A program made the translations under genes and the position numbers. A stretch of DNA of 64,000 nucleotides from the human T2T-CHM13v2.0 reference genome, Homo sapiens, in NCBI RefSeq assembly GCF_009914755.1, contig NC_060929.1; one strand, 5' to 3'. The notes below the pieces were generated by a model that was not told the DNA's origin, searched no databases, and worked only from the letters and a program-made list of their open reading frames with translations. Positions 14,538-29,229 of this stretch are shown piece after piece. The first letter of the stretch is position 1; the number at the start of each line of letters is the position of its first letter.

Positions 14538-14618
14538 TTACGTTGGTGCAAACGTTAATTGCTACTTTTGCCATTAAAAGTAATGGCAAAAACTGCAATT
14601 ATGTTTGCACCACCCTAA
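14538..14618. mobile_element. MADE1 (Hsmar1-derived mariner MITE)
   Basis: About 80-bp palindrome TTACGTTGGTGCAAA...TTTTGCCATTA AAAG TAATGGCAAAA...TTTGCACCACCCTAA followed by TA. Confidence 0.93.
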
Positions 14619-15769
14619 TAGAAGACTATGATATGTGAGAGAAGCCTAAGGAAACACGTGCAGCAGTTACAGTGAGGCCAGAAAGCACCGGCACGGCACC
14701 GGGCCAGGGTTGGTAGATAAGGTGGGCAGGCACTGTTCTTCCTCCTTAAGAAAACGTCCTGCTTTCTAACTTGCTAATATCTATACAGAATTCGATGGGG
14801 AAAGGGGACAAAAATAAATCATGTAAAATATAATACTGGTAGCTGTTATTAAAATAATCAAATTTGCAAAAATGCTAGGATATGTGTTCTTGGAAGGACA
14901 GTGAACTGATATAGGTAGAAATGAGTTTTCCTCACTCACCAGATTCTTCAGTTAAAGAATCAGAACTGCAACTTATTTAAATCTCCATTTACATACATGT
15001 CGATGTAGCCTACGTTTAGTGCCTGTTCTCTCTCCGACACTCAGGAGAGGACTGGAGATGAAATAAGGTCCCTGGCAATGAGAAAATTAGAGTCTGCTAG
15101 GAGGAAATTTCAAGGTAAGGGTCACTAGCAAAATCACCAGAGTAGTGATGCTTTCCAGCACATTGCCTGGGAGCCGGTTGTCAACTCAGAGCTCTGGGCC
15201 CCCTCTCCTTCTGAAGTAGGAGGAACTTTTGATAGGTGTCTACTTTTGATAAGAGGCTGCCCCTTTCAAGGTGTGCTGCTACGGGCCCTGTTAGAAGCAA
15301 TAGTGCTATAGAAATGAGTTGAAGAAGGGTGGGGCTCCCAGCTCCTGTGGGAGCTACATCAGCGCCACCTTTAAGCAAAGTAGGGTCGTTTGGCTGGATC
15401 TCCAAGGAAGGTTGTTGGGGGTGGCGAGGTGAGGAATGGGGAGCAGGCATTCCAGTTGAAAAAGCAGCAGATGCAGACACATGGGGACAGAGAGAGTACC
15501 TGGAATCTGGAGACCCACTGGTGGGCTGGCGTGGCCCAAGAATGGGGATGTTGGCAGGAAAGCAGATGTGGTTGGGGCCTGCCTGCCCGCCAGACCCCTT
15601 GCTATGTCTTAACACTGCTGTGCTTCAAATGCTACAATCCTTGGCCTTACCCTCTCTGGGTTGGAATTTCTTCATGTACAGCTCAAGAGAGTTGGGTCAG
15701 ATGTTTCCTAAGGAGCTTCGTAGGAGGTACAGAGTGTGTCCCTTGCCCTCCTCGAAGTCTCACAGCAAA

Positions 15770-16635
15770 TCAGCTCCATAAGTAAAAAAAAGAACAAGTC
15801 TCAATGCAAACCCAGAATTGTCTTACATGGCATTATTTTAATACTGTTTATATTGGTTCTTGATGTTCAATGAAACTATTGAATGAAACCTGAGGGCACT
15901 TAGAACGTTCCAGCTAACACAGGCAACATCGTCTTTGGCCTTAACAATAATTAGAATGACAATGGCAAGCATATATCTACCAAAATCACTTTGTCTTGTT
16001 TCATTAATAAAATATTAAGCTTTTGGATATAAAGGAATTCATCTTTTAATTCATTTAGAAAAATTATATTGAAGTCTATACAAAAGGACAGAAAGACAAA
16101 GAAATCCATGATTAATTTCCATTTTGTCACATTCAGAGGGGATTCACATGCTGAATAAACTATTCTATTTCCTTATGTAAATGGCTTTGCAGAGTTCTAG
16201 TCAGCTTCATAAGTAGAAAAGGAACAAGTCTCAGTGCAAGCCCAGAATCGTCTTACATGGTATTATTTGAATACTGTTTATATTGGTTCTTGATGTTCAA
16301 TGAAACGACTGAATTAAACCTGAAGGCACTTAGAATGTTCCAGCTAATACAGGCAACATCATTTTCTGGCATTAACAATGACTGGAATGACAATGGCAAG
16401 CATATCTCTACCAAAATCACTTTGTCATATGTTCATTAATGAAATGATATTACGGTTTTGAATATAAAAGAGTTCATCTTTTAATTCATTTAGAAAAGTT
16501 ATATTGAAGTCTATACGAAAGGACAGAAAGACAAAGAAATCTCCAATTAATTTCCATCTGGTCACATTCAGAGGGGATTCACATGCTGAATAAACTATTT
16601 TATTTCCTTACGTAAATGCCTTTGCAGAGTTCTAG
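15770..16635 (+). repeat. head-to-tail tandem duplication, units 15770-16200 and 16201-16635
   Basis: Both units start TCAGCTYCATAAGTA and end TTTGCAGAGTTCTAG; roughly 90% identical by eye. Confidence 0.97.
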
Positions 16636-17188
16636 CTGAAATTCATTTGGCACAAATCATGAGTCATTCTGTAAAACTGCTATCTGTATAACATAGCCAA
16701 AGTAAATTTTTACATAATTGCTATGAACTGTGTTATCTCCGGGGCTACTCAGTGACAACTAGGCAGAGAGAAAATTTCCCGCAGAGTTACAAAGTAAAAC
16801 AAATTAAATCATTCATTTAATAGCATATTATTTTAATTAAATAATGAAGACCAAAATACTGAACCTTATCACTATTTTTTCCATAATAGAAAAGTTATAA
16901 TTTTATTGTACATTATTACCAATGAGCCATGTTTGTCAATATAAGTTTTAATTTGAACTGGATCAAACCCTTGCCCCAAATTCTAATTTGCATGAAATAA
17001 AAAGGTAGTACAAGAAACAACATCATGAAGAAATAATCAAGCAAATCCAAAATGTGGGTTTTTCATCAAGGTAATTGAACCAGATAATTAAAGGACATTA
17101 AGAAAAAACAAACAAGCAAAGTTTAGGGACTATTTTGACTAAAAAGAAATATGGCAACCACGTAGCCTTGGTTAAAAACAGACAGACA

Positions 17189-17510
17189 GGCCGGGCGTGG
17201 TGGCTCATGCCTGTAATCCCAGCACTTTCGGAGGCTGAGGCGGGTGGATCACGAGGTCAGGAGATAGAGACCATCCTAGCTAACACAGTGAAACCCCATC
17301 TCTTCTAAAGATACAAAAAAATTAGCTGGGCGTGGTGGCAGACGCCTGTGGTCCCAGCTACTCAGGAGGCTGAGGAAGGGGAATGGCGTGAAACAGGGAG
17401 GTGAAGCGTGCAGTGATGCAGTGAGCTGAGATCATGCCACTGCACTCCAGCCTGGGCGACAGAGCAAGATTCCATCTCAAAAAAAACAAAAACAAACAAA
17501 CAAACAAAAA
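17189..17510 (+). mobile_element. Alu SINE (AluY-like)
   Basis: GGCCGGGCGTGG start; AluY-type GACCATCCTAGCTAACAC and GAATGGCGTGAA; internal 8-bp duplication TGCAGTGA; A/AAAC tail. Confidence 0.96.
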
Positions 17511-18033
17511 ATACCACTCTATTTATTATTGGAACAAGTGGGCAAGTGGAAGAATTTTAAGGTGGTTGAGATATTAGATAGAAATGATATTAGATGTTAA
17601 TAATGAATTAGTTATTTTTGACAGGATAATGCCTTGTTTATGCAATACAACATACTTGCTCTTAGGTGAAGCAAGCTAAAGTTGTAGGGGTAATATGTCA
17701 TCATGTTTTGAATTTATTTGAACTTTTTCCAACTGGAGGAGCCAATATATACGTATGTATGTATCCATGTGAATGTATGGATGTACAGTTCTGTGTGCGT
17801 GAGTGTGTGTATTTCTGGAGAAAGACCAAACAAAAAAGCAAACATTAACACTTATGGACTCCCAGAGAAGGCTGAATGACTGAAATAATGGCTTAAATGA
17901 TGGAAATTGCTATTTCCAATGATATTATATATCTTTATGGCATTAGAGTTATAGCAAGTCTAGCAAAGTTAAAGTTATTAAAGGATAGGAGCACACACTT
18001 TAACTGATTATAGGATACAAAGCAGACTAATGA

Positions 18034-18344
<311 letters not shown>

Positions 18345-20049
18345 TATGGTTCATATTTTAATAAGTCACTTGCCCCTCTGTGTGATATCTTCTTAGCTGT
18401 TAAATATGTCATTAGAATTACATAAAAAGTGAGGCTCAACATTAAGGATGTATACAACAATGTTTAACCAGATCTTCATGTCTCCACGTCTAGGGCGCCC
18501 TCACTGCAAACCTTATCAGAGATTGACATACAGTGGCGTAACCTGTGAAAGGGGCACCACATATCAGAAATCAAGGAAATCCATAGAGTTGAGTAGAGTC
18601 CAGAAGACCAAGACTAAGGAAGGCTGTAGAGGTCGGGACCTCCATGTCAGAGGAGCCTGAGCTCTAACACTGGAAGAAATACATACTGGCATGACACATG
18701 AGAAAAAGCATTAGGGCCATATTATCATAGTTACAGGAGGATCAGGAACATAAAAGTCCCTTTCTTTAATCTTGCTTAATATAGGAATTTGGGATTGACA
18801 CAACCATTGGAAGAAATGGTGGATAAAGTTCAGGAAGTCTATCTCAACGGTTAGGGAAGATAATGTTTAGTATGTCAGCCTGCAGCACTGAAGAGAATGG
18901 TTCTCAAGAGACTGCTGGAGACTGCTGCAGCTTGTAACAGGCTGTCCGAAGCTACCAGGGACTTTCTAAATCTGCAGTCCTGAAGCTAGTATTCAAAAAC
19001 TCTCTGAGGAACTCCGGCAAATCTTGCATTTACCAGCACAAGGGGCTGCCACTGCCAACAGAGAATAATGGCTTCTCCTTCTTCCTGACCTTCTAAACCT
19101 CATGAACGTGTGTCTCATTGGAAGGGAATGCTGAGAAATATTGTCCTTAAACTGCAGAGGAGCCCTTGGAAAGAGATGGCACTGATGTTCAATTGCAAAC
19201 AGAGAATCAAGTATAAGCCACGATTTTTTTAAGTGAGAATCCATATACCCCCTTTACCCATAATTAACCTCCAAATAAAAACAATAAAAGAATGCTTCCA
19301 CCTAACTTTCTGCAACTATTACATGTACCATTGAAGACATGCTCACTTTCTTTCCAGAGGAGAGACACAAGTCCCAAGTGTTAATGTATCCATCTCAAAA
19401 AGATCTATCCATGCTTGCTCTTGTTCAGTAACAATACCCCTTTGAATTAAATAGCTAATCATTTAACTTGCATGAGATAAAGTAGAATGGAGGAGGGAAA
19501 AAATAGTTAATATAAACACTAATATACATACAAACACAAAGAAATGTGGAGAGATTTTCCTCCAAGACGATTTATCTACCTATTTACTTATTTAGCTGTG
19601 TCTTCCTGAGCCATACACACCCTCTACTCCCCTGCCTGGGAAGGTATATACTTTCAGCTTAGGAGCTTTGTAGAGATGCAGACTTCTGCTGAATTCTCTC
19701 TTTTTTCCCCAGACTTCAACTTTCCCATCCCCTGTGTTTATAATCTACAAGCCTGGTGTCGAACTCTTTAGTTTTTCTCCAGAATAAACACCTAGGACTT
19801 GGAAAAGCAACATGAGATCAGTTGATAGGTTGATCAAGGTAGGTATTTGGATACTCTAAGGACTTTAAAGTATTCTGTTATCTAAGCTTCAGTCCCATGA
19901 TCTGGTGCCATTGCATGGTTCTGTGGGCCAATTCAAAGTTCTTGATAACTCATGTCTGGTGATTTCTGATTCTCTTTGCTCTCAGAAGACTTGTATATTT
20001 TTATTCCTTTTATACAATTTTCATTGAGCTTTAGGAAGGAGAGGAAAAA

Positions 20050-20710
20050 AAAAACACACAACCAATTCTTAGACAACTAGGCAATACCAAGTATTTGAGG
20101 AAAATCTCTACCATAACAGACACCAAAATGAGGCAAATAGAATAAAAAAACTATAATGGGGGAAACCAGGCAATGTGAAAAAAAAATAGAGAAAATGTAA
20201 GAATAATAGAATTAACATGACATAATGCTAATAAAAACATAGAGTCACAAACTAAAAAGTATCAATATGGGAAAAATAAAGAATTCATAAAATTTAAAGA
20301 TGAAATAAACTGAAATTAAAATACAGAGGGATGAAGGAAAAATCAAGGAAATATATCAAAAAGTAGAAGAAAAACACAACGAAGTAGAAAACAGGAAAAA
20401 TGATTAGAACATAAGATAATCAATCCTAAAAGATTAAAAGTTAAAAAAAGGCATTTGGAAAGAAATTATAAAGGCAATAGTGGAAAGAAAAATATTAAAA
20501 AAAAAAAAGGGAGTTGTCATGAGGGAGGACTCATTCAAAGCCTAGTGACTTGAGTACAAAACATATCTACACTAAGGTAAAATACCATACAATTAGAGAA
20601 CCCCAGGATTAAAAGACAAATTCCAAAAGGCCCAGAAAAAAATCAGATCACTTATAAATAACAAATTAGAATAAGTCTAGCATTTTAGAGGCAACAATGG
20701 ATATTAGATT
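20050..20710 (+). mobile_element. highly degenerate old LINE-1 (ORF1-region) remnant
   Basis: Strongly A-rich strand with L1 ORF1-like stretches (e.g. GCAACAATGGATATTAGA); boundaries approximate. Confidence 0.5.
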
Positions 20711-20728
20711 CGTCATTAATTGGAACTA

Positions 20729-20781
20729 CAGGTCTCAAATATTTTCATTTCAGAACCCTATCCTCTTAAAAATTATTAAAG
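20729..20781 (-). mobile_element. Charlie1-like hAT transposon terminus, split from 23921-24890 by an L1 insertion
   Basis: CAGGTCTCAAATATTTTCATTTCAGAACCC...CTCTTAAAAATTATTAAAG resembles the Charlie1 end (CTCAAACTTTTTGGTCTCAGGACCCC...CTCTTAAAAATTATTGAGG). Confidence 0.7.
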
Positions 20782-21823
20782 TAACATGAACAGATTCCTA
20801 AAAATATACAATCTACAAAGACTGAATCATTAAGAAACACAAAATATAAACAGATCAAGAATCAGTAATCAAAGATCTCTCCAAGAAGAAAAGCCCAGGA
20901 CCCTATGACTTCATTGGTGAACTCTATCAAACACTGGAATAAGAATTAATGTGAATCTTTCTCAAACTTGTAGAAAACATTGAAAAAGAGAAAACACTCT
21001 CAGACTCATTTTACGAGACCTGTTACCAAAATCAGACAAGGATGCTACAAGAAAAGAAAATAATAGGCCAATATCTCTGATCAACATAGATGCAAATGTT
21101 CTCAACAAAATACAAACCAAATTCAATGGCACATTAAAAAGTTTAAGCATAATTTGTTCCTGGGGTGCAAGGATGGTTCAATATATGCAAATCAATAAGT
21201 GTGATATATCACATTAACAGAAGGCAGATACAAATATATTAAAATTTCAATAGATGCAGAAAAAGCATTTGAAAAAATTTAACATCTTTTTGTGATAAAA
21301 ACTCTAAACAAATTAGGGATAGAAGGAATGTACCTCAACATAATCAAAACTATAGATGACAAGTCCACAGCTAACATCCTACTGAACAGTAAAAATCTAA
21401 AAATGTTTTCTCTAAGATCAGGAATAAGACAATAATAACCTCTTTTATTCAACATAGTACTGAAAATTCTAACTAAAGCAGTTAGGCAAGTAACATAAAC
21501 AAAAGCCATCCAAATTGAAAGGAAAGATTTCTCATTTTGCACATAACACATTCTTATATATAGAAAATCCTAAAAACTCTACCAAAAAGGTGAGAATTAA
21601 TAAAGAAATTCAGTAAAGTTGCAGAATACAAAATCAACATACAAAAATCAATAGCATGTATATGTGCTAACCATGAACTATCCAAAAGAGAAATCAAGTA
21701 CAGCAACTCATTTGCAGTAACATCAAAACGTTCTTAGGAATAAATTTAACAGTGGAGATAAGTTACATACATACTGAAAACTATAAAACACTGACGATAG
21801 AAATTAAAGATAAAAATAAATGG

Positions 21824-22131
21824 GGCCAGGCACAGTGGCTCACGGCTGTAATCCCAGCACTTCAGGAAGCTGACGTGGGAGGATCACCTGAGGTCAGGAG
21901 TTCAAGGCCAGCCTGGCCAACATGGTGAAACTCAGTCTCTACTAAAAATACAAAAAATTAGCTGGGCATGGTGGTGGACAGCTATAATCCCAGCTACTCA
22001 GGAGGCTGAGGCAGGAGAATCACTTCAACCTGGGGGGCGGAGGTTGCAGTGAGCTGAGATCGCATCATTGCACTCTAGCCTGGGCAACAAGACCGAAACT
22101 CTGTCTCAAATAAATAAATAAATAAATAAAT
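21824..22131 (+). mobile_element. Alu SINE (AluSx/Sq-like) nested in L1
   Basis: Full dimer with (TAAA)n tail; TSD approximately AAATAAATGG. Confidence 0.96.
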
Positions 22132-23377
22132 AAAATGGAATGATATCCCACATTTAGAGATTGGAAGAATTAGTATTAAAATGTCCATGCTACCCAGAGA
22201 AGTCTACAAATTCAGTGCAATTCATATAAAAAATCTAATGGCATTTTCATAAAAACAGAAAAAAAAGAAATAATAATGTGTCTGGAACCACAAAAGACCC
22301 TGAATAGCAAAAGCAATCTTGAGCAAAAAGAACAAAGCTGGAGATATCACACTATCTGATTTCAAAATATACTACAGGGCTATAATAATCAAAACAGCAT
22401 GGTACTGGCATAAAAACACACATATAGACGAATGGTGCACAATAGAAAGGCCAGAAATAAATCTACACATTTGCTCCTCAACAAAGATGCCAAGAACACA
22501 CAATGAGTAAAGACAATCTCTTCAATAAATGATATTGAGAAGACTGGATACACACATGAAGAGAAATGTAACTGGACCCTTATCTCACATTGCATACAAA
22601 AATCAACTCAAAATAAATACTTAACCATAAGACCTGAAATTGTAAAACTATTAGAAGAAATCATGGGAAAAAAGCTCCTGGACATTGGTCTGAGCAATAA
22701 TTTTTTTAGGATATGACCCCCAAAACACAAGTAACAAAAGTAAAAATAGACAAGTGGGATTTCATCAAACTAAAAATATTCTGCATAGCAACAAAACAAT
22801 CAACAGAGTTAAGAGACAACCTACAGAAGGGGAGAAAATAGTTTCAAACTGTACATTTGATAAAATACATAAGGAACTCAATCAACTCAGTAGCAAGAAA
22901 ATAATAACCCAATTTAAAATGTGGGCATAGGATCTGAAAAGGCATTTCTACAAAAAAAGACGTACACATGGCCAACAGGTGTATTTTTAAAATGCTCAAC
23001 AGCAGTAATCATCAGGGAAATGCAAATCAAAACCACCATGAGATAGCACTTCACTCTTGGTAGAATGGCTGATACCAAAAAGGCAGAAGATAACAAGTGA
23101 GTGCGAGGATGTGGAGAAAAGGAAACACTGCACTGTTGCTGAGAAAGTAAATTAGTACAATCACTATGGAGAACAGTATAAAGGTTCCTCAACAAATTAA
23201 AAATACAACTATCATAGGCTTCAGCAATCCACTTTCTGGATATACATGTAAAGAAAATGAAATTCATTGTCATTAGGAGATACCTGCAACTTTCATGTTC
23301 ATTGCAGTAGCCAAGACGTAGAATCAACCTAAGTGTCCATCAATGGATAAATGAATAAAGAAAATGTACATACACAT

Positions 23378-23379
<2 letters not shown>

Positions 23380-23410
<31 letters not shown>
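23380..23410 (+). repeat. (CA)n microsatellite
   Basis: Uninterrupted CA run. Confidence 0.95.
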
Positions 23411-23412
<2 letters not shown>

Positions 23413-23920
23413 TGGAATACAACTTAACCCTCAAAAAGAAGGAAATCTTGTCATTTGCAACATCAGTGAACCTGGAGAACATTGTGCTAAGCGAAATAAG
23501 CCAGGTCCAGAGAAGCAAATACCACATGATCCCACCTATATGTACAATTTAAAAATGTTGAAGTCACAGAAGCAAAGAGTAGAATGTTGTTGCCAGGGAC
23601 TGGAAAGTGGTTGGTAGGGAATGGGGAGATGTTCATCAAAGATTACTAAATTTTCATTATAAAACATAAATAACTTCTGAAAATCTATTGTACAGCACAG
23701 TGATTATAGTTAACATATGGTATTGTATATCTAAAATTACTAAGAGAGTAGATCTTAAATGTTCTCATAACAAAAAATGATAAATATATGAGGTGATGAA
23801 TATAGTAATTAGCTTTATTTTAATCATTTTGTAATGTATGCGTGTAACAAAACACTACATTATGCATCATAGATATACATAATTTTTATTTTTCAGCTGT
23901 ATCTCGATAAAGCTGGGAAA

Positions 23921-24890
23921 CATAAGACTTTTATATATGTAGGTTATATCTATTAATATTCACTATTTTAGAAATAAAATCTGAAATTTTATACTTTTTT
24001 ATTTATTAAAAAACAATTAGCTGAATGCATGTGTGTATACATAATGTATATTTTGTAAAAAGTAATTTTACTTTTAAAAAGAAAAGACAGTGAGAGGAGC
24101 GGCATTGTTTGTTTTTACCTTTTGCAAGTATCTTGAGTGTCTGGCTTCCCAGAAGACAACTGGATGTTAATAACTGCTTGTGCATTTCACTCTGTTGTGT
24201 GTGTGGTTTCAGTTGAATTATATGAAGGAAATCTGGCTTACAAAAAAGGGAGAAACATTGCAATAACCTCTTATTATTTGTGGATATTTTTCTGTAATAC
24301 TACTAAAACTAGACAGGCAGTAGTTTCCTGCGATGTGGATCTGAAACAAATAAATCAATTTTTCAGGCTTTGTTACATTAAAATCCACCGGTCTATTTTG
24401 CACTTTGAATGATGGATCTGTTACCCATGTATGAAATTGTAACATCCTGCATTGGTCATTTGGAAAATACTGGTTCACTAAGTTTTACAGATCTAAATCT
24501 TGACACATTTCATTTTAAAATATCAAAAAATTGCCTTTATTAATACCATCACCAATCTCATCAGAAAAGCCTTTAAGTATTGAGAAGCTGTCAAGCTCAG
24601 GCTTAAAAACTTAAATTTTATCCTTGGCTACAAATACTGTCAGTTGTTTTCCTTGAAGTGTCAGGCTCATTTGATTTGTTTTCAAGAAAATGTCTACCAA
24701 ATGTCTACCAATGTCTGAATAATTATAGTTTGTCTGTCAGATGTTGTTTCAATTAAATATGGTGTTCAGTGTAGAACATGTATAGTTGAACTTGCAGCAC
24801 AATCACACTAGTGCCTTTCCTGGCAACCTCTGCCAGGCTCAGTATGCAGCAGCCATGCCCTGTGGTCACTTCCCATTGCAGCACACAGGG
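23921..24890 (-). mobile_element. Charlie1a-like hAT DNA transposon with degenerate transposase C-terminal region
   Basis: DNA follows Charlie1 (GTGAGAGGAGCGGCATTGTTT, GCATTGGTCATTTGGAAAATA, GAAGCTGTCAAGCTCA); minus ORF 24218-24478 QYFPND...WVTDPSF...EKLI...EKYPQI resembles the hAT/Buster C-terminus. Confidence 0.88.
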
Positions 24891-24998
24891 TACTGGAAAG
24901 ACAGGGATCCCAGAGTGACCAGCTCAGAGCAGGGTGGGTGAAGGGATCCTGGGAAATACAGTCTGGCCCATGGAGGATGGTGGGTGTGGAGCTGAGTC

Positions 24999-26566
<1,568 letters not shown>

Positions 26567-27189
26567 CAGGCTGATGTCACCCTGTGTTTTCCTGTACAGG
26601 CTCCTGGTTAAAGGCTGCTGGCAGACAATTTTGAACTAAAAATGTTAAGAAATTTTTAGAACATAACACATTTATAATCACTTGATGTATTAAACCATGC
26701 GTTTCATTTTTAAGATTTGCAAAATCTTATTTTCTGAGAATATTTTATTCTTTAGATTGTATGTTTTCACTTTGTCAGAAATGTAAAGTGTTCAACGAGA
26801 CAAATACATTAAACTCAAAATGGAGTTGGAATACTTAAGATAATGTATTCAAATAAATAAATGGTCCTGAGTGTTTTAAAGTTATCTGTCAGTCCATTAG
26901 ATTTAATTAATAATAATTTAAAAACAGTAAAAGCTGCTAGATTAATAAATTGAACAGTAAGGTTTGTAAATAATTATTAACTACTTAAACAAAACTAAGG
27001 CTATGAAATTTTTATATTAACACACTGCACATTACAATAAAATCCAAATAACTGTAACTAGTCCTTTCTGACCTCCTCTTGGACCTAGATACACACATGC
27101 TCCCACACACACACATGCACACATGCACACATCTAGGCATTCAGAACAATAGCATAACTGGGTAGAGCTTTTAAATAATTAAAATTATC

Positions 27190-27745
27190 ACAATTTAAAA
27201 GCTAATAAAAGATCCAAAAATACCAGGAAAATAAAAAATATTAAAATAATAAAAATAGTGTTTAGAAGTGAAAACACAATAAGTAAAATGTATAACCCAA
27301 TAGATGACTTAACAACCAATAGTTTGCTTCAGGAAAAGAGAAATGGTAAACTGAAAGATAGAATAAAGGAAATTATCGGGGAAGAATAAACAGGGTAGAA
27401 GATGGAAAGTAGAAGTGAGAGAGCAGGAGGACACTGGAGAATGCCATGAAAAGGTGCGACTCATAACCAACATGGAGAAAACAGAGGGTACAGAAAGGCC
27501 ATATTCAAAAAAGTACTGGTGACTTATTTTTAAGAATTAATGAAAGGAGGATAAGCTAATTCTGTCCCAAGCAGAATAGATCAAATTAAATCTACATCTA
27601 GACATGAATTAGTGAAATAGCAGAATTCCAAAAACATCGAAAGCCTAAAAGATCCAAAAAAGAAAACATAGCTTATCTGTAAAGAAACTAGAGTTAGAAT
27701 TATAATTGAAAAGCAACTATGTAAACTAGTTTTAAAAATAAAGAA
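27190..27745 (+). mobile_element. degenerate old LINE-1 (ORF1 region)
   Basis: A-rich strand with L1-like AAATCTACATCTAGACATGAATTAGTGAAA; appears to resume after the younger L1. Confidence 0.55.
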
Positions 27746-27747
27746 TA

Positions 27748-28761
27748 GATCCCATTTGTCAATTTTGGCTATTGTTGGAATTGCTTTTGGCATTTTGAGT
27801 GAACAGGCAACCTACAGAATGGGAGAAACTTTTTGCAATCTACCCCTCGGACAAAGGTCTAATGTCCAGAATCTACAAGGAACTTAAACAAATTTACAAG
27901 AAAAATACCAAACAACCCCATCAAAAAGTGGGTGAAGGGTATGAACAGACAGTTCTCAAATGAAGACATTTATGCAACCAACAAACATACAGGGAAAAGC
28001 TCATCATCACTGGTCATTAGAGAAATGCGAATCAAAACCACAGTGAGATAGCATCTCATGCCAGTTAGAATGGCAATTATTGAAAAGTCAGTAAACAACA
28101 GATGTTGGCAAGGCTGTGGAGAAATAGGAACGTTTTTACACTGTTGGTGGGAGTGTAAATTAGTTCAACCACTGCGAAAGACAGTGTGGCAATTCCTTAA
28201 GGATCTAGAATCAGAAATCCCGTTTGACCCGGCAATCCCATTACTGGGTATATACTCAAAGGATTATAAATAATTCTACTATAAAGACACATGTACATAT
28301 ACGTTTATTGCAGCACTGTTTACAAAAGCAAAGACTTTGACCTAACCCAAATGCCCATCAATGATAGACTGGATAAAGAAAATATGGTACATATACACCA
28401 TGGAATACTATGCAGCCATGAAAAAGAATGAGTTCATGTCCTTTGCAGGGACATGGACAAAGCTGGAAGCCATCATTCTCAGCAAATTAACATAGGAACA
28501 GAAAACCAAACATTACATGTTCTCACTGATAAGTGGGAGTTTAACAGTGGGAACACATGGAGACAGGAAGGGGAATATCACACACTGGGGCCTGTCGAGG
28601 ATGGGGGCAAGCAGAAGGAGAGCATCAAGACAAATACTTAAGGCATGAAAGTCTTAAAACTTGGATTATGGGTTTATAGGCACAGCAAACCACCATGGCA
28701 CATGTACACGTAACAAACCTGCATGTTCTGCACATGTATCCCGGAACTTCAAGTAAAATAA
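27748..28761 (+). mobile_element. LINE-1 3' end (L1PA8-like) with short 5' inversion
   Basis: 27748-27796 is antisense L1 (encodes PKAIPTIAKIDKWDL); sense from 27797 through the 3' UTR; TSD approximately AAAAATAAA(A)GAATA. Confidence 0.92.
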
Positions 28762-28926
28762 AAAAATAAAAGAATAAACTCAGTAAATATATAGATACAA
28801 TAAAGATACAAAAAATAAACAGCAAAAAATAAAGTAAATACTAAAGAATCAATAAAAATTATACCTGATTTAAAAAAAATGGTTAAATAATCTCTGTCAA
28901 AATGAATTAAGAGAATAGAAAATTTT

Positions 28927-29218
<292 letters not shown>

Positions 29219-29229
29219 GGAAGAAAATT

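Larger units (their letters stand above)
20782..23920 (+). mobile_element. 5'-truncated LINE-1, L1MA8-10/L1MB-like (degenerate ORF2 plus 3' UTR)
   Basis: ORF2 remnants (22319-22510 [32 protein letters not shown]); 3' UTR GAGAGTAGATCTTAAATGTTCTCA...GATAAAGCTGG; interrupted by an Alu and a (CA)n. Confidence 0.92.

Noticed and set aside
24688-24716. Short AAATGTCTACC tandem repeat in Charlie1
   Set aside because: Ordinary 11-bp slippage duplication.
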